Positions 51,987 to 64,000 of a stretch of 64,000 nt of DNA are shown here, one piece after another. Position numbers and translations under genes: made by a program. The notes under the pieces were generated by a model. That model was not told the origin of the DNA, did no database searches, and worked only from the letters and a program-made list of their open reading frames with translations. Position 1 is the first letter of the stretch. Each line of letters opens with the position of its first letter. This DNA is from Ophelia neglecta (Eukaryota): positions 118,358,001-118,422,000 of the forward strand of contig OZ260661.1 of NCBI GenBank assembly GCA_965285935.1, in the 5' to 3' direction.

Positions 51987-54900
51987 TATATAATCTTTAT
52001 TGCCTCCATTTTCTGAAGAGTACAGCTTGTGAAAAAAGAAGAAGTTATTTAACATCGATAATGAAGAATTATAATATACGCAACGATGTATTAAAAAATA
52101 AAATAAAATAAAATAAAATAAATTGTGTCCAGAATTAACATTTTACCACATGGTAGCTTAACATTCACTACACTGCCATAAATGGAGGCCTATTCGATGC
52201 CAAGACAAAATGCATTCTTTGGCAAATTCAAATTTATCAAATGAAACATTTACTTCACTAATGGAAAGTCCGAGCAGATGTAGCACCAAGTCGTTGTCAT
52301 CACACATCATGAGATGTCTCTCAATGTTCACTGGCCAGGGACTAGTTGAGAGCCAAAATGTCTCTCTCTCATTACAGAAATAATAACAATGACATATAAA
52401 ATGTACCAATAGATCGTGGAACTCGCGATCACACAGATGACATCGACCAGAAGCATTACACGGGAATGCCACAAGTGACGCGAAGGAAAACAGTGCTCTC
52501 CAGTGGACAGGGTGATGGCGCTGGACATCCCATATCCACCCGTCACCCTTTGGTGACTGGAAGTTTGGATCTGCAATCAAGACACCCAACCGGGACAGTC
52601 GCACATCTTTACTGATACTTTTCTTCATTGTGTCAGCCTCCTTTAATATCACTTGAGTGTGAACAATACATTTCCATTCATGGTAACTAGGAAATATGGC
52701 AGAATCAATATACTGCTCTAAGGTATCAACCAGTCCATACTTTACAAACAAATTCAGTACATCTCCAATGAAACCGCCACTTCCTACTATACCTGAGAAT
52801 GTCCACATACACAGACGCTGAACAAATAAAGTGTGAACTAAGGTATCATTCCCTAATAAGCACAACTTGCCTAAGAAAAGCAGTTTTTGACTATCAATAT
52901 AACCTACTGCGGTATTCAAGCCGATCAAACTGTAGGCAACAGGGTTCGAGCTCGTGGATGAAACCTAAGGATTTTCTTTGCACAATACTTTTGCTCTAAT
53001 TTCTCAGTTTCGCGCTTCGTTAAATTTACCCAGAGTTCACATGCGAATAATGCACTGGGTCGCACCATAGCTCTGTACAGCTTGGACAAGGATCGTGGAC
53101 TTGACCCCAGTCGACAAAGTGAAGCTATCCTGCCTCTGCCCTTCGAACATGCCTCGTTGGTTCTGCCTTTTGAAACAAAGGACTCGTTAATTTCAACTCC
53201 AACATGCATTTCGAGAGTTACTCTTTCTATTTCAGTGCCTCCAAGACTCCACGCACCTAATGCCTCTCGGTTATGTCTTTTACTGCCGAATATCTTGGTT
53301 CGCGACTTTCCTAGGTTAAACAAATATCGCCATTTTGCAGCATAGTCCCAACAAATGTCCAGCATGCGTTAAAGGCCGTCGGGAGACAACGAGAGCAACA
53401 CGATGTCATCGGCCTGTGTAGGACATCCACAGAATGTCCCCGCCACTGTAGCTCCACAATCAGTATTTTGCAGAGCTCCTAGGAGGCCATCATAACATAT
53501 CAAGAATTTCTGAGGTCCCCAGACCGACCCTTGTCTTACGGACTGGCTAACGTTTATCACGTCTGAAATTGCACCGTTGAACCTCACATGACACTTCTTG
53601 TCCGTATACGAGTCCAATAAAAGACGCCAAAATGTTCCGCGAATTCCTATCTCATGAAGTTTTACGAATAGCCCCTTGTGCCACACTAGGTCAAACGCCG
53701 TAGCCGAGTCCAGAAAGCACGCGTATACCGGAGACCCGCGCTCTATATTGTATCTGACACACTACTGTACAACGAATGAGGTCATAGTACTGTTCCGTCT
53801 TTCCTGATATGGGCCTTGTAGCGGATGGGGGAACGGTACTTTGTTCTCTCGGATCAAGCCGAGAAACCTATTCAAAGTCACCCGCTCAAAGACCTTGAAC
53901 AACACTGGAAGGAGCGTAATTCCACGATGGTTCTTTCTGTCATCAGAATATTTTTTCTTTCCTTTATATATTGTGATGACATGGGCTACCTTCATACTCG
54001 CCGGCACTTCAGCTGCTCTGTACATGAGATTGAACATAAATACAAGCAACTTGATGATTGGCTGATCACCAAATTTCAGATGTTCGTTAGAGAGCCCATC
54101 GTGTCCCGGAGCCTTGCCCCGCTTAAGCTTACGAATCACCAAATTAACCTCATTCTCCGTGATCGGTAAATCCATGATATTGTCACTTTCCTCCATGGAT
54201 GATTGCAAGATGTCTTGAAATATATTTTCAGTTCTAACCTTGTGATTCTCTTCAAAGTTAGAGTCGCTCAATGGAGTGTATAGCTTGGTGAAATGTTCAT
54301 GCCACGCGTTAAGGATATCTTCCGTACCACGGTAAGTTATTTCCTCCACACGAAGCTCCGGCAGTTGGGTACCTACTCTGTTTTGACATCGTCGAACCAA
54401 GGTGAAAAGTTTCTCTTGGTTACTATCTGCGGTTGTTTCGATTTCTTCAAAAATATCCATGTTTAGTACGTGTTCCTGTTTCCTTAAGGCACATCTGTAT
54501 TTTCTCTTAATAGTTTTATATTCAACATAGGTAGTATGGTCTCGTCCCCTTGGTTTTCCAGACGCCGTCCATTGACCCCTAACCTCACGCAATTTCTTGT
54601 GTATTTGGGGCAAGTCTGAACTCTTCCAAAAAGGCTTTATATTTTTATTAAAATGGGCGATAGGGACGGTTTGTTGGGCGCTTTCCGCTAGTGCAGCAAC
54701 TATGTGTTCGTAAATGTCATTCATATTGGATGGTGAGTGTTTTATGTCATCAATGGAATTGTTTATCGACTGGAATCGAGCACTATGAGTTCGCATGTAT
54801 GCCTGCTTAATTGACAAGTTAGCAGCAAGTTTATTCCAGTTCGGCCTTGTGCCAAGATTAGGTCCATACGACACGGTTGCTTGCAGAGGCTTTGTGCTTA

Positions 54901-57900
54901 TCGCAGCCAGGACTGGCTGGTGATCACTCGCGTTGGATGGATCATCATCGATTACCTCATTCCTGGTCACCAGATCCGTTGCAGACGTATGGACAAGCAC
55001 GTGATCGATTCTACTTTGTATCTCTGCAGTCTGCTTGAATGTATATCTAGGACCGGAACAGGTAAGTAGAGATGTCAAACAGATAAGTTCACAACTACTG
55101 ATAAGTTCAGCAACACACTTCGATCTTCGGCCTTCCCGGAAGTTGGTGAAACGGGGCCCATCTATGCCAACATTGAAGTCGCCAAGGATGATCACTTTAC
55201 TGTAGGCGCCCAAGTCAGTGCATAATGTCTGGAGTTTTTCCACACAATCTTCAAAGGTTGAGTGTAATTTGCTCGTGGGAGGGAGATGGACATTTAATAC
55301 AGACAAGTAGCGCCTCTCTGCATCGTTCAATGTAATTCTGACACCACATATTCGATCATCCTGAAAGTCTAGTTTCTTGACAATACTGGACAGCGACTTC
55401 TTCCACATGAATCCAACACCTCCTTTTCCTCTTCGATATGGATCAACAGGGTCTAAACCAAAGTCAGCGATACCCCACCCTGAGTAAGACTGGCTGATGG
55501 AATATAGGATCTGAGAGCTATTGGGAAATAACCAATGTTCCGAGACCGCTAGGATATCAACACGATGGTCATTGAGAAGTTTATCTATGTATAAAGCACT
55601 CCTCATCGCTCCTTGACAATTGAAACTAGCCAGGGTTAGCTTATCCAGTTTACTTTCTTTTAAGATAGCCATTATGTTTAATAATAATTGTCATGGTTAT
55701 TTGAGGGCGGCCTGATTGCCCGTCTTTCTGCTATAAAATAAACTGCACTCTAGACACACTACACCTTTGTATTCCAGGTATTCTAGGAGCGAGTCACAGT
55801 CTACTGCATTGTTAATGTTACCTATATACAGTTTAACACTATTCCTATTCGATGGCGTCCATGTCCGCCCACGCGGCCTCTCCACGGCTGGTGCTTTCCC
55901 GCGAGGTGGTCTCGATGCTGGCACGGGTATCCGGATTGGACTCCTCCCAGGGTCGTGACCGGAGTCAGTTTCAGACCTGTCTACACCTGGATTCCGTTTA
56001 TAAGCCATCTTGTTTGTTCGAGGCCCTAGCTTGTCAATGTCTTCAAATATGCGAAGGATGCACTCTGTATTTATGGCCCACAAATTATTTTCTTCTTCCT
56101 CGAGTTTGTGAAATGTGTCTTTGAGTCACTTTTGCATTGTCTCTAATTTCTCAGTTTCGCGCTTCGTTAAATTTACCCAGAGTTCACATGCGAATAATGC
56201 ACTGGGTCGCACCATAGCTCTGTACAGCTTGGACAAGGATCGTGGACTTGACCCCAGTCGACAAAGTGAAGCTATCCTGCCTCTGCCCTTCGAACATGCC
56301 TCGTTGGTTCTGCCTTTTGAAACAAAGGACTCGTTAATTTCAACTCCAACATGCATTTCGAGAGTTACTCTTTCTATTTCAGTGCCTCCAAGACTCCACG
56401 CACCTAATGCCTCTCGGTTATGTCTTTTACTGCCGAATATCTTGGTTCGCGACTTTCCTGGGTTGAACAAATATCGCCATTTTGCAGCATAGTCCCAACA
56501 AATGTCCAGCATGCGTTAAAGGCCGTCGGGAGACAACGAGAGCAACACGATGTCATCGGCCTGTGTAGGACATCCACAGAATGTCCCCGCCACTGTAGCT
56601 CCACAATCAGTATTTTGCAGAGCTCCTAGGAGGCCATCATAACATATCAAGAATTTCTGAGGTCCCCAGACCGACCCTTGTCTTACGGACTGGCTAACAT
56701 TTATCACGTCTGAAATTGCACCGTTGAACCTCACATGACACTTCTTGTCCGTATACGAGTCCAATAAAAGACGCCAAAATGTTCCGCGAATTCCTATCTC
56801 ATGAAGTTTTACGAATAGCCCCTTGTGCCACACTAGGTCAAACGCCGTAGCCGAGTCCAGAAAGCACGCGTATACCGGAGACCCGCGCTCTATATTGTAT
56901 CTGACACACTACTGTACAACGAATGAGGTCATAGTACTGTTCCGTCTTTCCTGATATGCGCCTTGTAGCGGATGGGGGAACGGTACTTTGTTCTCTCGGA
57001 TCAAGCCGAGAAACCTATTCAAAGTCACCCGCTCAAAGACCTTGAACAACACTGGAAGGAGCGTAATTCCACGATGGTTCTTTCTGTCATCAGAATATTT
57101 TTTCTTTCCTTTATATATTGTGATGACATGGGCTACCTTCATACTCGCCGGCACTTCAGCTGCTCTGTACATGAGATTGAACATAAATACAAGCAACTTG
57201 ATGATTGGCTGATCACCAAATTTCAGATGTTCGTTAGAGAGCCCATCGTGTCCCGGAGCCTTGCCCCGCTTAAGCTTACGAATCACCAAATTAACCTCAT
57301 TCTCCGTGATCGGTAAATCCATGATATTGTCACTTTCCTCCATGGATGATTGCAAGATGTCTTGAAATATATTTTCAGTTCTAACCTTGTGATTCTCTTC
57401 AAAGTTAGAGTCGCTCAATGGAGTGTATAGCTTGGTGAAATGTTCATGCCACGCGTTAAGGATATCTTCCGTACCACGGTAAGTTATTTCCTCCACACGA
57501 AGCTCCGGCAGTTGGGTACCTACTCTGTTTTGACATCGTCGAACCAAGGTGAAAAGTTTCTCTTGGTTACTATCTGCGGTTGTTTCGATTTCTTCAAAAA
57601 TATCCATGTTTAGTACGTGTTCCTGTTTCCTTAAGGCACATCTGTATTTTCTCTTAATAGTTTTATATTCAACATAGGTAGTATGGTCTCGTCCCCTTGG
57701 TTTTCCAGACGCCGTCCATTGACCCCTAACCTCACGCAATTTCTTGTGTATTTGGGGCAAGTCTGAACTCTTCCAAAAAGGCTTTATATTTTTATTAAAA
57801 TGGGCGATAGGGACGGTTTGTTGGGCGCTTTCCGCTAGTGCAGCAACTATGTGTTCGTAAATGTCATTCATATTGGATGGTGAGTGTTTTATGTCATCAA

Positions 57901-59398
57901 TGGAATTGTTTATCGACTGGAATCGAGCACTATGAGTTCGCATGTATGCCTGCTTAATTGACAAGTTAGCAGCAAGTTTATTCCAGTTCGGCCTTGTGCC
58001 AAGATTAGGTCCATACGACACGGTTGCTTGCAGAGGCTTTGTGCTTATCGCAGCCAGGACTGGCTGGTGATCACTCACGTTGGATGGATCATCATCGATT
58101 ACCTCATTCCTGGTCACCAGATCCGTTGCAGACGTATGGACAAGCACGTGATCGATTCTACTTTGTATCTCTGCAGTCTGCTTGAATGTATATCTAGGAC
58201 CGGAACAGGTAAGTAGAGATGTCAAACAGGTAAGTTCACAACTACTGATAAGTTCAGCAACACACTTCGATCTTCGGCCTTCCCGGAAGTTGGTGAAACG
58301 GGGCCCATCTATGCCAACATTGAAGTCGCCAAGGATGATCACTTTACTGTAGGCGCCCAAGTCAGTGCATAATGTCTGGAGTTTTTCCACACAATCTTCA
58401 AAGGTTGAGTGTGGTTTGCTCGTGGGAGGGAGATAGACATTTAATACAGACAAGTAGCGCCTCTGCATCGTTCAATGTAATTCTGACACCACATATTTGA
58501 TCATCCTGAAAGTCTAGTTTCTTGACAATACTGGACAGCGACTTCTTCCACATGAATCCAACACCTTCTTTTCCTCTTCGATATGGATCAAGAGGGTCTA
58601 AACCAAAGTCAGCGATGCCCCACCCTGAGTAAGACTGGCTGATGGAATCTAGGATCTGAGTGCTATTGGGAAATAACCAATGTTCCGAGATCGCTAGGAT
58701 ATCAACACGATGGTCATTGAGAAGTTTGTCTATGTATAAAGCACTCCTCATCGCTCCTTGACAATTGAAACTAGCCAGGGTTAATAATAATTGTCATAGT
58801 TATTTCTGTCGTAACATTTACGGGCGTACTCGTCTTCGAGCCAAAAGCCATTTCCACACACCAGACTCTGGCAATGAATTGGAACACGGTTGAGGGCGGC
58901 CTGATTGCCCGTCTTTCTGCTATAAAATAAACTGCACTCTAGACACACTAAACCTTTGTATTCCAGGTATTCTAGGAGCGAGTCACAGTCGACTGCATTG
59001 TTAATGTTACCTATATACAGTTTAACACTATTCCTATCCGATGGCGTCCATGTCCGCCCACGCGGCCTCTCCACGGCTGGTGCTTTCCCGCGAGGTGCTC
59101 TCGATGCTGGCACGGGTATCCGGTTTGGACTCCTCCCAGGGTCGTGACCGGAGTCAGTTTCAGACCTGTCTACACCTGGATTCCGTTTATAAGCCATCTT
59201 GTTTGTTCCAGGCCCTAGCTTGTCAATGTCTTCATATATGCGAAGGATGCACTCTGTATTTATGGCCCACAATTTATTTTCTTCTTCCTCGAGTTTGTGA
59301 AATGTGTCTTTGAGGATCTTGTGGTTATCTCTTATTACCCTTACAGATTTGGCGTTGATCTGTTTTTCTTTGTCCATATTCACTTTCAGGTCACGAAT
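51987..59398 (-). mobile_element. CR1-group (Daphne/L2-like) LINE, 5'-truncated in ORF1, inactivated, with ~3.15-kb internal tandem duplication
   Basis: ORF1 coiled-coil + RRM-like (VKLYIGNI...FW); ORF2 EN (ASFNCQG, VSEHWL, ILGDFN, SDHQP), RT (KAPGHDG, RGITLL, VRQGS, PTQADD), C-terminal CHLC..HFICHC; 3' AATAAAG + (TA)n at ~51987-52001. Units 52987-56125 and 56128-59314. Confidence 0.93.
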
Positions 59399-60292
59399 GT
59401 CATTAGACACTTAACCTTTCATGTTAGTATTCAGTAATTTTGTTTTACCTATAGCTGCGCCTAAATATATGTGTTATCACATCGAAACATAAAACTCTTC
59501 TTAGCTCTAAGCCTATAAATACGTTTCACTTTGCTCTGTATCAATGATAGTCGTTTGTTTAAAACACAAGTCATGAGCAAATTGTTGAATTCCAAGAGAG
59601 TCCAGGATTAGGTTTAGGTTTTGTGAGGGAATATGAATGTCCAGGATTTCATAGAGATCCAGTTAATAAGCGATTCCGTGTTCAAAACTACTAGGTCTGA
59701 TGATAAGTGAGAATTTATCTTGACTATCAAGGGTGGAATAGACGCTTAAAAAGCCACAGACCGGGGCACAATTTCTTTTGTATGTACGAGTATGGAGACG
59801 GGGGGGGGGGGGGGGGACTGTATCTCTAGTAGTAAGAAAAGTTGACACCTAATGACACCACATGTTTCACTGGACCGGAAGGAGTACTACATGGATACTT
59901 TAGAGATACTATAGAGACCAAGTATTTTGGTCAAAGTATCTGCATGTTTTACATAATACACCTAGACTACGTGAAATTGTGGCCTTGATGCCTAAATATG
60001 ATATTTCCAGGTGACAGACTTGTATACTGTATCAGACAAAAATTTAATTGAGTCAACCAAGACGATTTTATGAACTCTGATTAATAATTCGATGTTAATG
60101 TGAATTTACTTCTTTGCTTGGTGAAAAAAAAATAATTGTCTTCTAAATGCACAGATAAGAGTGAGTTTATTAATTTGAACCCAAGTCCCTTTTTCCCATT
60201 TTACCATTTCGGCGATTATGTCATCCATAGTTTTCCCGTTATAAATGCATTAAAATCGTCAGAAAAGAGCGATAAAAACAAAAACTAGACAT

Positions 60293-60410
60293 GTTGGCCA
60301 TGTCGTGTATGTAAAATGAAAGCAGCGGCTCCAATATAAAACCCTGGGGAACACCGCCTTCCATGTTAAGTGGTTCCTGTCAGTAAGGTAGCTCTGAAAC
60401 CATTGAAGAT
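60293..60410 (-). mobile_element. Short degenerate CR1/L2 RT fragment
   Basis: LQWFQSYLTDR followed (frameshift/deletion) by GVPQGFILEPLLSFYIHDM. Confidence 0.7.
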
Positions 60411-60967
60411 GTTTATATATTATCCAAAACGAATTAGACAAACGCAAAAACACAGAGGTGAACTGAAGTTACGATTTATTCACAGGTTTCATCCCCACAA
60501 AGAATACACAAGACAGTACCACTCCTTTACAACTAATATAATAAAATATTACACACATCCATTAAAACGTTCACGATCAAATTTGTACATGTATATGTAA
60601 ATATACGACAAATTGAACAATACAAAAAGAAGTTACTTATTGTTCTTTGGACAGACTATTCAAGTTCTTTTTGTCTACTGCATTGGCACACTCAACTAAA
60701 ATTCCTCGCAGGTTGATCATCAATACATATAGGTTTACTTGTCAAATCCTTTTCCTTTATTTTTCCATTATAGCGTTACATATTTTTTCTTAATTTTATA
60801 TTTGGCCCAAGATGTGCCTCTTTGACAAAGCGGTCATTAACTATGCTAAATTTGAATACGTTTTTAGCATTGGAGGAAAGTAAGAAAACAAAATATAAAG
60901 GCATAAATATTCTGACCCTGAACTACCTACCACCCACCAGAAATATTCTGGTGGACTCTGAAGACAT

Positions 60968-63900
60968 TTATCTAAAAATAAATTTCGTTTCATCTGCACT
61001 AGAATGTAAAACAGGACTCATAGAACATGGAAGGGGTTCCTTTTCAATTACGTCAGGCCAGTTGCATATTTTGTTTTTTTCGTCGAATAATAATCCACTT
61101 TGACAGCGATACATTTGGGGTTTGTCCCAAATACACCTGTAATAAACTCCACAGTCATGGGGATCTCGAAACACCGCGAACTCTTCAGGACATTCTGGAA
61201 GGAAAGAACATTGGAAACACATACTTTATTGTAAATTCCCTTAAGAAATCAGAAAAGGTAGAATTGTTCCCGGGCTTAAAGGATCCTCATAACAGAAATG
61301 CTTCTTTAATGTGCAAGTAATATTTACACCGAGAAATTGACCTAGTTCAGTATTATACATGCTGCAATAGCCAAAACAAGCAAATTGAAGCAGCGCAGAA
61401 AATATAGAAGGCATAGCAACCTTATGCAGTTGAATAAAGCAGAAGCTTATATTAAGTTTCAAAAAAAAGATGGAAGTGAGAGGGATACGATGCATGAAAA
61501 TTAAGTAAGCAACAAGCGTGGATGGTTCTCTTTGGGTGACAGAAACAAGCAGTGATAGGCCTATAATTAATAATTATATATTTCTTCACTTATACCATTT
61601 ACTTCAGATAAATCATACGAAATGGCAAAATAACACAGTACTTATTTCGTAGGCCTGTACATATGCATCAAGAAGACCGGCTTCGCCAGGCCCATAACAT
61701 GCGGGAACGCTTTGGAAAAGTGAAGGACTCCCCATAACAGCCAGAGAATAGCTCATTTTAAACCCTCAGGGAACCATCTTTACCTACGGACTGTAGTTGT
61801 CGGCAGGTTATTGTAGACTGTCTCCTTGTATTTGAATTCCTGAGAGGAGTCTTTCTTCTCGCCTTGATTTCGCCTTTTCTTTCCCCTGCCGAACTTTCTT
61901 CTCCTATCCAAACCACGAGTTGGTTGTTCGTTCACCCCCTCTGTTCCTTCCTTCGCCGTGGCGTCGCTATGCGGGCGAGATTTTTCTAGGGTTCCTCGAA
62001 AAGGTAAAATACGAGAATGTTGATGACCAGGGGGGACAGGTCTTCCTCTTAGGTCCCGTCCTACTCCTTGGCTCAAATGAGGTGGACCTCGCGGTTTTGG
62101 GGGTTGTCCAGGTACATAACGCACGCCACTTTGAGCAATGAAACCGTGTCTTGGGTTTCCCTGGCGATATTCAACGTATGGCATCGGTCTGAACGGAAAG
62201 AAGGGAAGTCGTCCCTGAATCATCTGTCGTGGACGGTTATTGGAAGATGTCCCCAGAGGAGCAAATCCGAGAAACGCACCATTGGCGAAGTTCCTATTCT
62301 CAACAGGCGGCTGTTTACCAGTAGGAATCTTGTCACTTGCCGACTCGAGTGGAGAACCTCCTGGACCATCCTGTCCAATCTCATCCATTTGTTTTAATTC
62401 TTTGAAATTTTGAGGTCCGTTCTCTTGGCCAGTCGGCGATTCAGCAGCAGACGAAGGAGGTACTTGGATCGGGTTTTCGACAGGTTTATTTAAGCCTGTG
62501 GCGGATTGAACTTGCTCAATAAACACTGGGACCGGCTGAGGGACCCCGCTAGTTGGGAGAGGAACGCCATTTCCTGTATTATCAGGTAGAATGCCTGTCA
62601 TAATAGTTCTGGCGTTCGCTGCAGCAACCAATTGTGCAGCCGCGGTGGGACCGATCAACGGATTTAAACCAGTGCCAGGCGCCGCATCAGTAAGAGGCAT
62701 TGAACCGTCCATGCTCGTAGCTTCTTCGTCTACGTTCGATTGAACGATTTCATTGTTTTGAGGTGCCTCTGGAAACTGTCCTGTATTTAGTGATTCTGGT
62801 TGATCTTCTCCAGGCCCCAGATTTGTCATAGCTGTAACAGCATTCATTTGACGCATACCAGCAATGATATTAGCCAGGGTTGCAGCCTGGGCAGCCGCAT
62901 TTAGACTATCAAATACTCGTTTCACCGATCTTATTATGGGGTACGTGCGACCAAGTGAGCAGATGCCTTGAAAGTCGTCCATAGGAAGACTCCAAAACAT
63001 GGCGCCGGCCAAACCTTGTGCCTTGATGTAGTTAGCCTAAATGAAGATAGATTGAAACAATATTAACATTTTTCGAGAATTTTTATAACATTTTATTATT
63101 AAAGCCCTGCTTCATTCACCCTATCACCATTTCTTACCTTCAGCTCAGCACTGCTAGGGTCTTCGTAACCAATCCATTGGTCTTCGTGTATTGCAAACGG
63201 CACCATCTGTATGGGGTCGGTCATGTTCATCCACCCTGGGAGCTGCAGCCGTACACATATCTAGAGGAGCATTTGGAGAAATTAGAGACAGTACAATTAA
63301 GTCCTTGGACAGAGTGCAAGGTATTATAATATGTGTTTATGCTTGTTTATCTTAAGTTCGGACAACAGCAGATTATAGAATTATTATATGGCCAATAGCA
63401 ATAAATCAAGCTTCCATGTTTCACTCTATTAAGAGAGATGACCACTTTCTTTAGACCGGCTTGTTTACGCACCTCGTTGTAGCTGAGAATGCCCATCTCC
63501 TGGGTGTACTCCCCCTTGGCCCCTGGTCCGCTGGCTGGGGCACCCACTCCATTGTCCCCCGGGTCACTCAGACTCCAGGAACGACCAAATGTTCCAATTC
63601 CAAGGACTATCTTGTTCTTAGGCATGCCGGACACGTGATACTTATTAACTACCCATTGCTGTAGATATAGAGACAAGAATTTCAAAGTAATACAATTCTT
63701 ATTTATTAATGTTAGTTTTTTCGCTCAAATAAATTAACATTTTCATAGGAGCATATCAAATAGGCATATATATATATATATGTCATTTATCGAACTTTAG
63801 CTGCTGGCAATGGTTGTGTCTTACTGGTCTCCTACTTTATAAATCGCCACATCATGGTCGTCCTGTTACACGCGAGGATATAACTCACTAGATTTAAATT

Positions 63901-64000
63901 ATCCGATGGGTCTCGGCCAGCGAAGGCGGAGTGGAGCCCTGTTCGATTCTCCCAGGAACCGTGAAAGTCGTACGTTAACAGAAGCGCATAGTCTAAGTAT
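60968..64000 (-). CDS. GH18 chitinase paralog, 3' part (5' exons outside window), long low-complexity linker and one CBM14
   Basis: Exons 64000-63889 (YLDYALLLTYDFHGSW), 63658-63473 (KIVLGIGTFGR), 63260-63138 (QWIGYED), 63036-61788 (GAMFWSLPMDDF + linker), 61194-60968 (CPEEF..DPHDC..YYRC..C..GLLFD...CNWP..C). Intron positions and phases match the downstream chitinase. Confidence 0.88.

Noticed and set aside
53369-56911. Shared in-frame TAG/TAA in both LINE copies as programmed readthrough or an alternative genetic code
   Set aside because: The related LINE at 13891-15441 has sense GLQRML at the equivalent site, and host genes use TAG/TAA/TGA as normal stops; simple nonsense mutations suffice.

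Overview
AT-rich animal (invertebrate, probably lophotrochozoan; inference from gene and TE families) genomic DNA with spliceosomal introns; no prokaryotic features. Left third (1-17 kb) is a nest of repeats: a ~202-bp tandem array interrupted by a P-like MITE (64-bp TIRs, 8-bp TSD), an I-group (Nimb-like) LINE with EN-RT-RNase H but no ORF1, a 27-28-bp minisatellite, and a TTAA-flanked Kolobok-like element carrying a 5'-truncated CR1-group LINE. Centre (17.5-33.8 kb): three intronless DEG/ENaC channel genes with non-canonical pore motifs (HG->KG, GxS->GIT); two lie in a 6.93-kb tandem duplication. Right half: a 4-exon type I transmembrane mucin (+), a complete 11-exon GH18 chitinase with two CBM14 domains (-) in which one exon/intron boundary is amplified into a 51-bp x ~18 array of splice donors, an internally duplicated CR1-group LINE flanked by a ~123-bp direct repeat, and the 3' part of a second GH18 chitinase (-). 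Gene models were built by eye from GT-AG sites, phase compatibility and family motifs; no database searches were run.
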